In this document: positions 35,717 to 47,451 of the stretch, piece by piece
How the letters are laid out: every line of letters begins with the position of its first letter
Position numbering within the stretch: position 1 is the first letter of the stretch
Source of the DNA: Coniocarpon cinnabarinum
Taxonomy: Eukaryota
Reading direction: 5' to 3'
Assembly: GCA_051942205.1 (NCBI GenBank)
Contig: JAVECO010000007.1
Coordinates: 124,001-188,000 of the forward strand
DNA: 64,000 nt
Translations under genes and position numbers: made by a program
The notes under the pieces: generated by a model
What the model saw: only the letters and a program-made list of their open reading frames with translations
Databases searched by the model: none
Told to the model about the DNA's origin: nothing

Positions 35717-36907
35717 ATGTTTCCAAATTTTTTTTCGTCGTCATTCCTCCTTCCAGCGTTGATCGTTCTGACCTTCACGTGGCTCGTTATCGCTGAACAT
35801 ACCTCGAATTGGGCGGTGCTGGTATGCACGTCTCGATTTTGGTTCAACTACCGACATATAGCGAACACGCTGTCGCTGTATCGGACTGTCAAGCGTCTAG
35901 GCATCCCCGACAGTCAGATCATCGTCATGGTCCCGGACGACATGGCGTGCAACCCTCGAAACACCTTTCCAGGGACAGTCTACAACAACGCGGACAGAGC
36001 GTTGGACCTTTATGGTGACAACATCGAGGTGGACTATCGCGGCTATGAAGTAACGGTTGAAAGCTTCATTCGCCTACTCACAGACCGCCACGATGAGAAT
36101 ATGCCACGAAGTAAACGGCTGATGACTGACGAACGGAGCAATATCTTGATATACATGACGGGCCATGGTGGAAACGAGTTTCTGAAGTTTCAGGACACCG
36201 AAGAGATTAGCGCTTTTGACATCGCAAATGCCTTTGAAGAAATGCATCAGAAGAAGCGGTATCACGAAATTCTGTTTATGATCGATACATGTCAGGCGAA
36301 CACGATGTACAGCAAGTTCACGTCACCCAATGTCATTGCAACAGGCTCTTCAGAAATTGATGAGAGTTCGTACTCACATCATGCCGATCAAGACGTAGGG
36401 GTCGCAGTGATTGATCGATACACTTACTTCAATCTTGACTTCCTGGAGACGCAAGTTCTGAACGAGAGCAGCAAGCTAACATTAGGGGATCTCTTTGACA
36501 GCTACGACGAGGGAAAGATTCATTCAAATCCAGGCTTTCGGTACGACCTGCTTGAGGGTGGCGCAGATGTCGCGAGGAGCCGACTGGTCACAGACTTCTT
36601 TGGCAACGTGCAGAATGTTGAGGTGGATGGCACTGGCAAGCGAAATGCCGAAGAGAAGGAGCACAGGCTAGCAGAGCTTATTGCGTTGTTGCGGAAGGCA
36701 GAAAACCAGACTGACAAGCTGGCAAAGTTGATGTCAGACAATTCGGCTCGAGTCCAGCAATCGCCATCGTCATATCCACATCACGCAAGAGACGCTTCCG
36801 TGCTGCGGGATGAGAGAAGCTCTCTGTGGCGCGCATGGGCAGTCACTGCGTCGTTGCTCGGTGTCAGTGGTGGACTTTACTTCATGCAGAGTGGCCAAAA
36901 AGCATAG
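35717..36907 (+). CDS. GPI8: GPI-anchor transamidase catalytic subunit (peptidase C13)
   Basis: Signal peptide, HTSNWAVLVCTSRFWFNYRH, catalytic GHGG and DTCQ, C-terminal TM. Confidence 0.97.
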   Translation: MFPNFFSSSFLLPALIVLTFTWLVIAEHTSNWAVLVCTSRFWFNYRHIANTLSLYRTVKRLGIPDSQIIVMVPDDMACNPRNTFPGTVYNNADRALDLYGDNIEVDYRGYEVTVESFIRLLTDRHDENMPRSKRLMTDERSNILIYMTGHGGNEFLKFQDTEEISAFDIANAFEEMHQKKRYHEILFMIDTCQANTMYSKFTSPNVIATGSSEIDESSYSHHADQDVGVAVIDRYTYFNLDFLETQVLNESSKLTLGDLFDSYDEGKIHSNPGFRYDLLEGGADVARSRLVTDFFGNVQNVEVDGTGKRNAEEKEHRLAELIALLRKAENQTDKLAKLMSDNSARVQQSPSSYPHHARDASVLRDERSSLWRAWAVTASLLGVSGGLYFMQSGQKA

Positions 36908-37139
36908 GATCGGACAATATGTTCGCTTGCATAGCGAAGTGGCGTTCATTTTGAATATAGAATGTTATGCCCGTTCTATGGCATTTCTTCCTTCAAAGAA
37001 TATCTAGTCTTTCGAGTCGTCGACCTCCCCAGATTCTGAACGCCCCAATTGTTCAATCTCTATCAACTCCTCGCTATGCCGCTAGAAAGATGTTCGTTGC
37101 TCGTCGCAGTCTTGAACTCGTCCAGTTTGAATTGTCCCA

Positions 37140-37835
37140 TCATTGATCTGGTTGAGGTTGAGGCTGCGTCAATCGCTCTTCCACACCCTCCCGCTCCTTC
37201 TGCACCAGCTCTCTCTTCTCATCCTTACTCATGCCGAATGTTCCCACCAACGCCTGGTTGAACGGATTCTCTGGACTCTTCTCAAACTCCTTGCGTATCC
37301 GCTCGATCTTCTGCTGCCTTCGCAAGCCCTTCTCATCCTTCATTTCCTCCAGCCGCCTCTCCTCATACGCCGCATACGCCGCCTTGAACCGCCGCTCAGG
37401 ATGCATCTCCACCTTATCATTCGCTCCCTTGTTATTCGCCAGACTCAGCGCATCCAGCGCGTCATCAATCCCCGTCGCATTAAGAGCTGGCTTCTTCTTC
37501 GACAGCTCAGGCGCCCCACTCGCTTCGAGCATACTCAGATCCAGACCCTTTGACTTCTTGGCGGCCGTCTTCTTCCCTGCACCCTTAGGTTTGTCCGGCA
37601 TATTGGCCTCTTCGTCTGCGAGCATCGCGGCCTTCTCATCCCGTTTGCGTTGTGCTTCCGCGGCTTTGTCGGCAGCGGCAGTTTTCTTCGAGTCGTCTTT
37701 GGCGCCTTGCTGCCATTTGTCGGACTCGGCGCGCTCGGCTCTGGCATTCGCGACAGCAGCCTTCTCAGCGGCGGCCTCAGCTTTTTTGGCGTTGCCGGCT
37801 GCTTTTTTGGTGTTCTCGCCTTTCTTTGGGGCCAT
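37140..37835 (-). CDS. CCDC124/Lso2/Oxs1-family coiled-coil ribosome-associated protein
   Basis: 231 aa, K/A/E-rich; ALNATGIDDALDAL, HPERRFKAAYAAYEERRL, KEFEKSPENPFNQ. Confidence 0.9.
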   Translation of the reverse strand: MAPKKGENTKKAAGNAKKAEAAAEKAAVANARAERAESDKWQQGAKDDSKKTAAADKAAEAQRKRDEKAAMLADEEANMPDKPKGAGKKTAAKKSKGLDLSMLEASGAPELSKKKPALNATGIDDALDALSLANNKGANDKVEMHPERRFKAAYAAYEERRLEEMKDEKGLRRQQKIERIRKEFEKSPENPFNQALVGTFGMSKDEKRELVQKEREGVEERLTQPQPQPDQ

Positions 37836-38862
37836 GGTAGATGCGGGGTTGTTTTAGGTTGAAGGTTCGAGGAAAAGACGGAATCAGAGCGAATGAAGAC
37901 CCACGACAGTGCGAGGTTTGCTACAGGTGCTTAGGCAGGTTATGTCAGATTCCGTGGGAGTCGTGAATCAGCGAAAAGGATCAAAGAGCAACCAATTCTA
38001 CCTGCTTTCCAAATGGTCGCACCTTCGCCTCGCCCCCACGCGCTGACTCGACAGTAGGTTGGCAACTGGAGACTGTTAGAAACCTTACTTTTCGGGCTTC
38101 AAATTCTTCCATCTCAATCGAGCTCTACGCCTATGAACGTCGCTCTCCCTCAATGCCCCACGATCGATCTGCTTTCTCCAAGGGAAGTCGGTTCACCTTC
38201 TCATCTTACTACACAATTCATCCGCATAATTCACGCGCACAACTTGTGCCCACAATTCATGCCCAACAATTGGGCATACGATTGGGCGCAGGTCTTGGTG
38301 ACTTGGCTGCAGGTCTCACTGACACCCACTAATATATCCGTAGGTAGTGAGGCTGGCGGCCAAGTCACCAAGATCTGCGGCCAGCATGTTCCCCTCCCAC
38401 GTACCAGCCACTCTTCTTCAGACACCCCTTGATCAATACATTCATCATGAGAAAGACAAGGAAGACATTGGCAACATCAACGTCTGCTGCAAAGTTGTGG
38501 AGAACAGGTCTGTCAACTCGGCCTGTGTCAAGGCCTTGCCGAGCTCGCAGTGCTTCCAGACAACGAGCACCTCGTCCGGGATCCGACAAGGTTGCTGTTA
38601 CAGAACAACATGATTTTACTGCTGCGCCAAAGGTCCTTGTGGCGAATACGCACACAAATGCGACACATGCTTCACCATAAGCTCCCGTTGAGTCTCCGAT
38701 TACCATGTAGAGCAGCTTAGGCGAGATTCGTCAACCCCTCTCGACGTGCCCATGAAGCAAATGATACACCCTGCGCGCAATTCCCTTCGCGGCTAGTTAT
38801 AAATATGCGTTGTGAACCCGTACTTGCTGCATTCAAGCTCAAACTCTTCGTACCGTTCTATC

Positions 38863-40500
38863 ATGGCTCTATCCAGTCGACAAGGTTACTCAACCTCTCC
38901 ACATCGTGAAGAAGACTTGGGCTTACCATACTCTGGTGAGTGCCGGTGATCTAGCCTTCTACCAACGCTAGATGCTCTTGAACTCTACTTAGCATAGTCG
39001 TTGCAATCTGACGGTGGTGCTGCTTCGAGCCCGCCAGACTGACTCTTGTTCAGGCTCGCGCCAAACAAAGCCTCTCCAGGACATTCACAATATCCCTGAA
39101 GACAGTGAGACGGCCCTTCGAAGCGATCGTCCTACGAGGCCGCCACTTCAGAAACGGACGACATCCGCCGCGGCACGACATGGTAGCTATCGAGCTGCGC
39201 TGGGCCTAGAGAAGACTGCGCCTATCGACAAGGATCACGACACTGCTCCGCATCATGAATATCTCTGGCCGAGAATACGAGTTATTCTGCGTGAGCCTTT
39301 TGCGGAGTTCTGGGGTGTCTTCATCTTTATCATGTTTGGCGACGGCGGCATCGCACAAGTGCTGTTGAGTGAAAGGCTTACTACTGCGCCTGGTGTCAAT
39401 GGGTTTGGCAGTTATCAAACCATCTCCGTAAGTGATGGCGGATCCGTTTTTCGAACCTACAACTGACAGCGACTCCCCCTATCTTAGTGGGGCTGGGGGT
39501 TAGGTATAATGCTAGGGGTTTACGTTGCTGGTGATAGCGGTGCCTTTCTGAACCCAGCAGTCACGCTCGCTTTTTGCGTCTACAGAGGCCTTCCCTTTCG
39601 AAGGTGGCCAATCTATTTGGTGGCTCAGTTCCTGGGCGGCTTCCTTGCGGCAGGCGTGGTCTATGCGACCTATATTGACTCTATCAACAACTACGCTGGT
39701 TATGGCGTGAGAACGGTTCCCCCTAATCAAGGTCAGGATGGTTGACATCGTAATGAGGTACAATCGGTAGCTTACCTCAATGTGCCAGGTGCCACAGCGC
39801 AGATATTCGCGACTTACCCTGCAGGGGACTTTGTGAGCAAAAGCGGGCAATTTGTCAGCGAACTGGTCGCGAGCACCCTGTTGATCTTTTGCATCTTCGC
39901 TCTGAAGGATGAGACGAACAGAGGAGTCGCAGCTGGTAGTAGAAACTGGTTTCCACTGGGCCTGTTCTTCCTCCTCTTTGGTATAGGAGTATGGTTCCTC
40001 ATTTTCTCTATGATTCTAAGCCGACAAGTGCTAAGTGAAAGGCAGGCGTGCTTCGGTTTTCAGACAGGATATGGAATAAACCTCGCTCGAGACTTTGCAC
40101 CTCGAGTGATGTCTTGGGCTGTGGGATATGGGAATGAAGTTTGGACGGCAGGAGACTATTACTTCTGGTATGTTTAAACTTTTCCCTTCACGAGATATCA
40201 GTTCAGACGTGGTTAACCTGTTCCCAGGGTACCAGTCGTAGCATCCTTTGTTGGATGCCTGCTTGGGTGAGTCTGATCTTACACTTTCCATGCGGAAGTT
40301 CAATGCACCGGAAATATGTGTGTTGGAATGCAACTGACCCTGCGAAACTATACAGCGGGTTCTTGTATGACCTATTCATATACACAGGACCCGAGAGTCC
40401 CATCAACAGTCCCTACCTGGGTCTGCCATATCTCATAAGGCCTTGGAAAGCCATTCAAGCAAGACGCCGCCAACGAGATGCGCAACGCCTACCAGAATGA
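38863..40500 (+). CDS. Aquaglyceroporin (MIP family, NPA/NLA); about 6 introns
   Basis: TATAAATA at 38798; REPFAEFWG, SGAFLNPAVT, IFATYP, GYGINLARDFAPR, GFLYDLFIYTGPESPIN; the D after the second NPA-like box indicates a glyceroporin. Confidence 0.93.
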
Positions 40501-40972
40501 AATAAGCCGAGCGAAGAGCCTTGAATTCGGAGAGAGTGGAGTAGCTTGTGTGCTCTGGTTCCCATGCTGCGAGACTCCAGCACCCAAGCTTTCATGAGAG
40601 CTTGAAATCATTCGCGATCAAGATGAAATTGGGTGGAGAACTTTCAGACGGCGAGGAGCGGCGACCCTGCCTGGTGATAGCGTGATAGGCTTTTGTACTT
40701 ACCTGTGTGATAGCAGCTACCCTGAAAGCCGCACTAGCAGTCATTGATAGTGGAGCCACGGTCGAAGTCCGCTAAGGTTTCCACCAACGCTTTTCCTGCC
40801 ACAAGAAACGTCGCCACGTAGTGATGTAAGAGGGCAAGAAGCTCCCCACCTCCTCGAAGGTGGGGGACGGATTTGCTTAATCATATATCAAGGACACTGC
40901 TTGTGTGCTTCAAACTTATCTTTCTCTTTCTCATAACGAACTCCTTCTACCGCTAGACTCATTTTGAAAAAG

Positions 40973-41314
40973 GTATGCATGCATGGACGTTGGACCGGTT
41001 CAGGCTAACATTTTAGAGCTATAATCACATACCTACCAAGTCTCAAGTATGCAACTTGCATTGGAAGCATGGTCAAGCACCAGCATGGCATTCCCAATCA
41101 GCCATCAAGTTCCTATCTCAGGTAATGTGCTCTTAAGCATGAACCGGTGTTCGGTCTCCTATCGGCGAGTCTCGCACTTGTAACTAGGCATGTACGAGAC
41201 TTGTCGTCGGGAGATCGTTCTGAGATTATACGGTTGAAACTTGATCTGGACAATGCCAGCGCAAGGATCATGCTCCCAACAAGTCCCTCTCTTTTTCCCA
41301 CCTAACTCTTGCAG
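40973..41314 (+). promoter_or_regulatory. Alternatively spliced THI4 5' leader: donors 40973, 41047, 41122; acceptors 41016, 41314; uATGs 41049, 41069, 41085
   Basis: GTATGC, GTATGC and GTAATG donors; GCTAAC (41004) and CCTAAC (41301) branch sites; TTTTAG and TTGCAG acceptors. Confidence 0.75.
41136..41274 (+). ncRNA. TPP riboswitch aptamer in the THI4 5'-UTR intron
   Basis: P1 AGCATGA/TCATGCT, P2 AACCG/CGGTT, long P3 hairpin 41152-41217, conserved CTGAGA, P4/P5 CTTGATCTGGACAATGCCAGCGCAAGG; immediately upstream of THI4. Confidence 0.97.
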
Positions 41315-41325
41315 ATCCACGTTGA

Positions 41326-42397
<1,072 letters not shown>

Positions 42398-42938
42398 ATG
42401 CGCATCGCGCGTTGAGCGTTGGGGCAAGTAGCAACCCCCAGACAGTATTTGAGATGAATTGTATGCAATAATCTCTACAATCTTCTAGTATCCTGCGTAC
42501 CTACGCTGCGATGGCATGGAGCTGCACTGGTAAGGCACATTGAGCCGTGTCCGCCGGAAGGAGACTGCTTCTCGCGCGAGTATTGGACGGATGAATATTA
42601 CTCGTCACTATGATGATCGCCCCACCATCCCACTTTGCCACCTTTACGCTATGATGGAAGACTCTTTTGCACTGCATTGCATCTAACTATTCTACTCACA
42701 CAACGCTGCAGATGAAACAATTTCTGAGCGTGCATTCCCTGATATTGCGTTAAATCTTAGAACCAAATAATCCGTCGAGTCTGCGCCTGCTCTAAGAGGA
42801 CATCATCGACCGGTGGAACCCAACAAGAACAAAATCCTTTCGTCGTCGACAGGGTCATTACGACGAGTGGAACTCGAGCGCCACGCTGCCAGATCTCTCC
42901 GTAGACCTTCTCTCCTCCACAATTGGAGGCACGAGGCC

Positions 42939-44201
42939 ATGGCCTCCTCGCCCACTCCAAAAGACATCGTAATAATCGGCGGCGGCATAATCGGCAGCAC
43001 GACCGCCTACTTCCTAACCCACCACCCACACTTCAACTCGTCAATCCACCGAATTACCCTCCTCGAAGCCAGCACCATCGCTGGCGGCGCCTCCGGAAAA
43101 GCAGGCGGTCTTCTCGCCCTGTGGGCCTACCCCTCCCAACTGGTCCCACTATCCTATAAACTCCACGCGGAGCTGGCTGCGAAATACGATGGTGCGCGTC
43201 GATGGGGATACAGACCGATACACTGTGGACAGCTGGACGCGAAGGGGCGGGCCAAACCGAAGAACAGCGCGAAAGGGGAGAGCGGTGAGCGAAAGAAGGC
43301 GGACGTGGATTTGGAAAAGACGAGACATGCGGCCCTAGGCAAGCTGAGGGCTGCGGGCTTGCCGAAGGATTTAGACTGGGTGGCGCCGGACAGTGCAGAG
43401 AGCTATAGTGAGATGGGCTCGCCTGACACGACCGCACAAGTGCATCCCTATCACTTCACGAAGGCAATGGCATCCATGGCCGAAGAAAAGGGGGCACAAA
43501 TCCGGGAACACGCAAGTGTGAGTTCAATCAACAAGAAAGAAAACGGCAGTGCCGTCGAGTCTGTGACGTACACGGACTCGAATGGTGAATCACACACACT
43601 GCCCGCCACACATGTGGTCGTAGCCGCAGGTCCCTGGACGGGACGAGTCCTCAAGGGCGCCCCCATCGCCGGGCTGAGAGCACACTCCGTGACCATCAAG
43701 CCCCGTCGCGACGTCTCGGCTTACGCCCTCTTCACCGAGATCAACCTGCCCAATGACTTCAACAGATCCTCGAAATTCCCTCGCGCTGGGACTCAAACCG
43801 TCGCGCCTGAGATCTACGCGCGACCCGACGAAGTCTACGCCTGCGGCGAAGGCGACCGCTTGGTTCCCCTTCCGAAGACCACCGCCGACGTCCAAACGGA
43901 CCAGAGTCGATGTCAGGACATCATTGATCAGGTGGGGAGTATCAGTGATGAGCTGAGAGATGGCGAAGTCACGGCGAGGCAGGCGTGTTACTTGCCCGTC
44001 AGCAATGGGGCTAGCAACGGTGGGCCGTGGATTGGAGAGACGAAGACGAAGGGGCTTGTGTTGGCGAGTGGGCATAGTTGTTGGGGGATCCAGAATGGGC
44101 CGGGGACGGGGAAGTGCGTGAGTGAGGTTGTGATGGAGGGGAAGGTTCAGTCGGCCAAGTTGGGGATGTTGGAGCCGGCGGCGTCGTTGAAGGGGTTGTG
44201 A
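42939..44201 (+). CDS. FAD-dependent oxidoreductase, DAO/glycine-oxidase superfamily (TDA3/BTN3-like)
   Basis: IVIIGGGIIG, ASGKAGGLLA, TAQVHPYHFT, VVAAGPWT, QACYLP, GHSCWGIQNGPGTG. Confidence 0.9.
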   Translation: MASSPTPKDIVIIGGGIIGSTTAYFLTHHPHFNSSIHRITLLEASTIAGGASGKAGGLLALWAYPSQLVPLSYKLHAELAAKYDGARRWGYRPIHCGQLDAKGRAKPKNSAKGESGERKKADVDLEKTRHAALGKLRAAGLPKDLDWVAPDSAESYSEMGSPDTTAQVHPYHFTKAMASMAEEKGAQIREHASVSSINKKENGSAVESVTYTDSNGESHTLPATHVVVAAGPWTGRVLKGAPIAGLRAHSVTIKPRRDVSAYALFTEINLPNDFNRSSKFPRAGTQTVAPEIYARPDEVYACGEGDRLVPLPKTTADVQTDQSRCQDIIDQVGSISDELRDGEVTARQACYLPVSNGASNGGPWIGETKTKGLVLASGHSCWGIQNGPGTGKCVSEVVMEGKVQSAKLGMLEPAASLKGL

Positions 44202-44462
44202 TAAGTGCGAGAGGTACGAGGTCTTCAGTATGATTAGAGCTTGGGGTGTTGTTGTACATAGAACTGACTGTATGATACACAAATTTAAAGCGCTGAATCG
44301 AGACGCCATGCAACACCAGGACCGTCCTGTCCGCGATGAACGTCCTCAGCGTTGACTACGACTGGACGATTGCTGGTTGATACGACCCCAGCATTTCCAC
44401 AACCCCTCGGATCGAGCAGACAGAACCAGACCAGTGACCCTTCAAACTGGAGCACTTCCAAC

Positions 44463-45723
44463 TCATCCTCTCTCCGGATAGTACGTCCCACCGAACTCCA
44501 ATCCTCCATCATTCCAGGTCTCATCCCCAATCAACTGCCATTCCCAGAGACTCCACTTTTTGACCCTCCACCGCCTTCGATAGACATGGCACTTGACAAG
44601 CGCATTCAAACTCTGCACCAGCCAGTTACTCCGGACACCTTCAGGAAAGGGTTCACCCAACTGGAAGAAACTATCAGGTTTCGCCATAGCCTCGACCCTA
44701 ACGCGATAAAACAAGTCACACGTATCCACTTGCACAACCCGGCGCTCCCACCACCTCTTGACTTTCAGGAATGGGCTAAACCCCAGGACACTGACGCTGA
44801 ACGGTGGACGAATGTCAACGTTGATGCCCTTGTCCGGCACACGCACACCCACGATGAAAGCATCAAGACCCAGCGTCCGCCCACCCGCAAGGCTCACAAT
44901 CGCATCCGGCGCCGGCGGGATATGCTTGCGCGCCAGGATCCAATGATGCGCCTCCGGGAAGGAGCGGGCCCAGTTCTTCTCCTCGTGGATCGAGCAGCGA
45001 CCTCGCTGATCCTCAATTGGCACTTCGCATCCCGGGAGCGAGAGCTCGAATGCGGCCGCCGACGCAAACGAATGGACGTACCAGTGCAGTGGTAACGGCA
45101 GCATCCCTAATAACCCCTCTGGACCCAGAAACGGCCGCTCAGGATCCCAGGGCATGCGACTTTCGGTAGTGGCTTTGAGTTTGAATTCGGGAAAGTCGAA
45201 GTCGTAAGTTATCGTTTCGGAAGTTGCGTCGTAGGACAGGATGGGTTTGTCGTTGACTGTGAAGGCGAAGCCGGTGGGTGAGGAATGCGGTTTGATGGGG
45301 TAGTTGGATAGCTCGAGGTTATGAATGGGCTGGTTGGAGACTTTGGGGGGCGGTAGCGATGGGTCGGGACGCCCGACAGAGGATCGATTGGGGATGTAGA
45401 CAATGGTGATGGAAGAGGTTTGTGCGGCTGGAATAACATCGGGGATCAGAACGAGGGAGGCGCCAGAGGGAAGGCTGAAGCGGGAGTACTGCAAGATTAG
45501 TAGTCAGAGATCAGAGCACATTAGGAAGACTCAAATGGTCTTTTTGAAGCTCTTTCATTATGAAACAGGAAACCGAAAGTCTTTTCGAGTATCATCGAGT
45601 GTTGAAGTCACTCGCACAGAGATTGTGTCAACGACTTACAAATCCCTCGAACTGTGCGCCTTGGTGCAGGGAATACGGATGTGGATCAAGCCATTTTGCG
45701 AGTCGTTCCAGAATAGCAGTCAT
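44463..45723 (-). CDS. Tocopherol-cyclase-like protein; intron 45489-45639
   Basis: Exon 1 (28 codons, ending QFEGF) splices GTAAGT..TTGCAG to YSRFSLP, giving FEGFYSRF; later LPLHWYVHS and HEEKNWARSFPEAHHW match the FEGWY and EKNWGxSFPxxWxW motifs of tocopherol cyclases. Confidence 0.75.
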
Positions 45724-46129
45724 CCTGCGTAGCTGTCTCCTAGACTGAACCGCACGGTGTCGACCCAGCGGAGAATGCCTCAAGTCTCAAACAACAAGAG
45801 CGTGTAATAGTGCTGCCCAATCTTCTTGATGACACCTATCGCATTCTTGCCGTTATGATTCGTGAATTTTGTTATATGACGTCTACCTAGTCGAACCAGC
45901 CACAGGGCCACACAGCTCGAATAGGCGACGTGCAGAGCCTCTAACCCGATTTGTCGAATGGTCGCCACGTATAAACAAGAATCATAATTAAGAGGACAAA
46001 AGCTCCAGCAAGACTGTATACAATTGGCACAAGTGATAAATTCAATGAATGTATGTATGTATGCATCGACCGAAAAAGACAAAGACTACCTGAGAAGCGG
46101 CCAGCGCCCCGGACACCACACACGCTATA

Positions 46130-47451
46130 CTAGAACTTGAGGACGATCTTCTCCGCCTCGTGGTTACTGAACATCCTGTAGGCTTCAGGAGCTTCGTCGA
46201 AATTGACAGCTTTGTCGACGACGAACCCCGGCTTGGCTCTGCCAGATTCAATCAATTTGAGGAGCGTGGGCTGATATGGAGCCGGAACAATGTTGCCGCT
46301 TGCGAGCGTTGCAGACTTCGCCCACAGTTCGGCCATCGGAAAGTTCACGAAGCCTTGAATAGATATGAGCGTGAGAAGTCTTATAAAAGGATTCTTAACG
46401 AGACACTCACCGCGCTTTTCCGACTGGTAAGGCGCCAGCTTGTTCGGCTTCCCACTGTAGTAGACGCCAGTCACGAATACGGTACCGGCGACCGCGACGA
46501 GATCGATTGCCCGGTTGATGACGTAGCTTTCGTCTGGCTCCAGCTTCTCGTTGACACATTCGTAACCGATGACATCAAAGACCCGCATGATTCCGCTGCC
46601 GCCCGTAAGCTTCTTGACCTGGTCTACAGGATTATCTTTGGTGAAGTCGATTGCCACAGCGCCGATGGACTCCGCCTTTGCAAGACGCGATGGGACATGA
46701 TCAATGACATAGACGGCGGTCGCCCCGCGAAGGAAAGCCGAATAGGCGACGAGCAGTCCGACAGGCCCCGCTCCAAAGATTGCCACGGCCTCACCAGCTT
46801 GAAAGCCCGAGTTGGTGAGGCTTGCCCAAGCGGTGCAAAAGATATCAGAGAGCATTATGAAATCGTTCTCATCGCCAGAGCGTGCGTCTCCGTCGTCTTT
46901 TGGAAGCTTGAGTGCGTTAACATCAGCGTTCGGGATGCGGGCATACTCGGCCTGGAGTCCTCCTCTGAGGGTGAGTCTCGTTTAGCAGGGCGTCATGGGA
47001 CATATCGAGTATTTGGCTATTGAACTCACAGACCCTGCTCTGTCTCTCCGCCCGGAAAATTGATAGTGCCAAACCCCCAACCAAAGACCTGCGATCCGAC
47101 TAAAATTTGGTCAGGGACGACGACGCGATCTCCGACCGAGAGGTTTGAAACACTCGAGCCAATTTCGGAGACTATCCCCACTCCTTCGTGACCGAGTTCC
47201 CAAGGCTTGTCTTGAGAAGCAGCTACGCCATGATAAACGTGAAGGTCTACACGCAATGAGAGTCGCATTAGCCGGGCCCAACAGTCGAGTGAAGGCAACG
47301 TACCGGTTCCGCAAATGGTTGCCGTCGTCATTTTAACAATAACGTCCTCGGAATCTTGAATGGCAGGGCGGGGGACTTCTCTCAAGCTAACGTGGTAAGG
47401 ATGTCCCTCCCATATAACAGCCTTCATTGTGTCGTTCGTAGGGTTGACCAT
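46130..47451 (-). CDS. Zn-dependent medium-chain dehydrogenase (glutathione-independent formaldehyde dehydrogenase-like); 3 introns
   Basis: ICGTDLH, LGHEGVG, GGLQAEYARIP, LSDIFCTAW, FGAGPVG after splicing. Confidence 0.9.

Noticed and set aside
42634..42642. Rpn4/PACE-like GGTGGCAAA (minus strand) upstream of the TDA3-like gene
   Set aside because: A single 9-mer; chance occurrence cannot be excluded.
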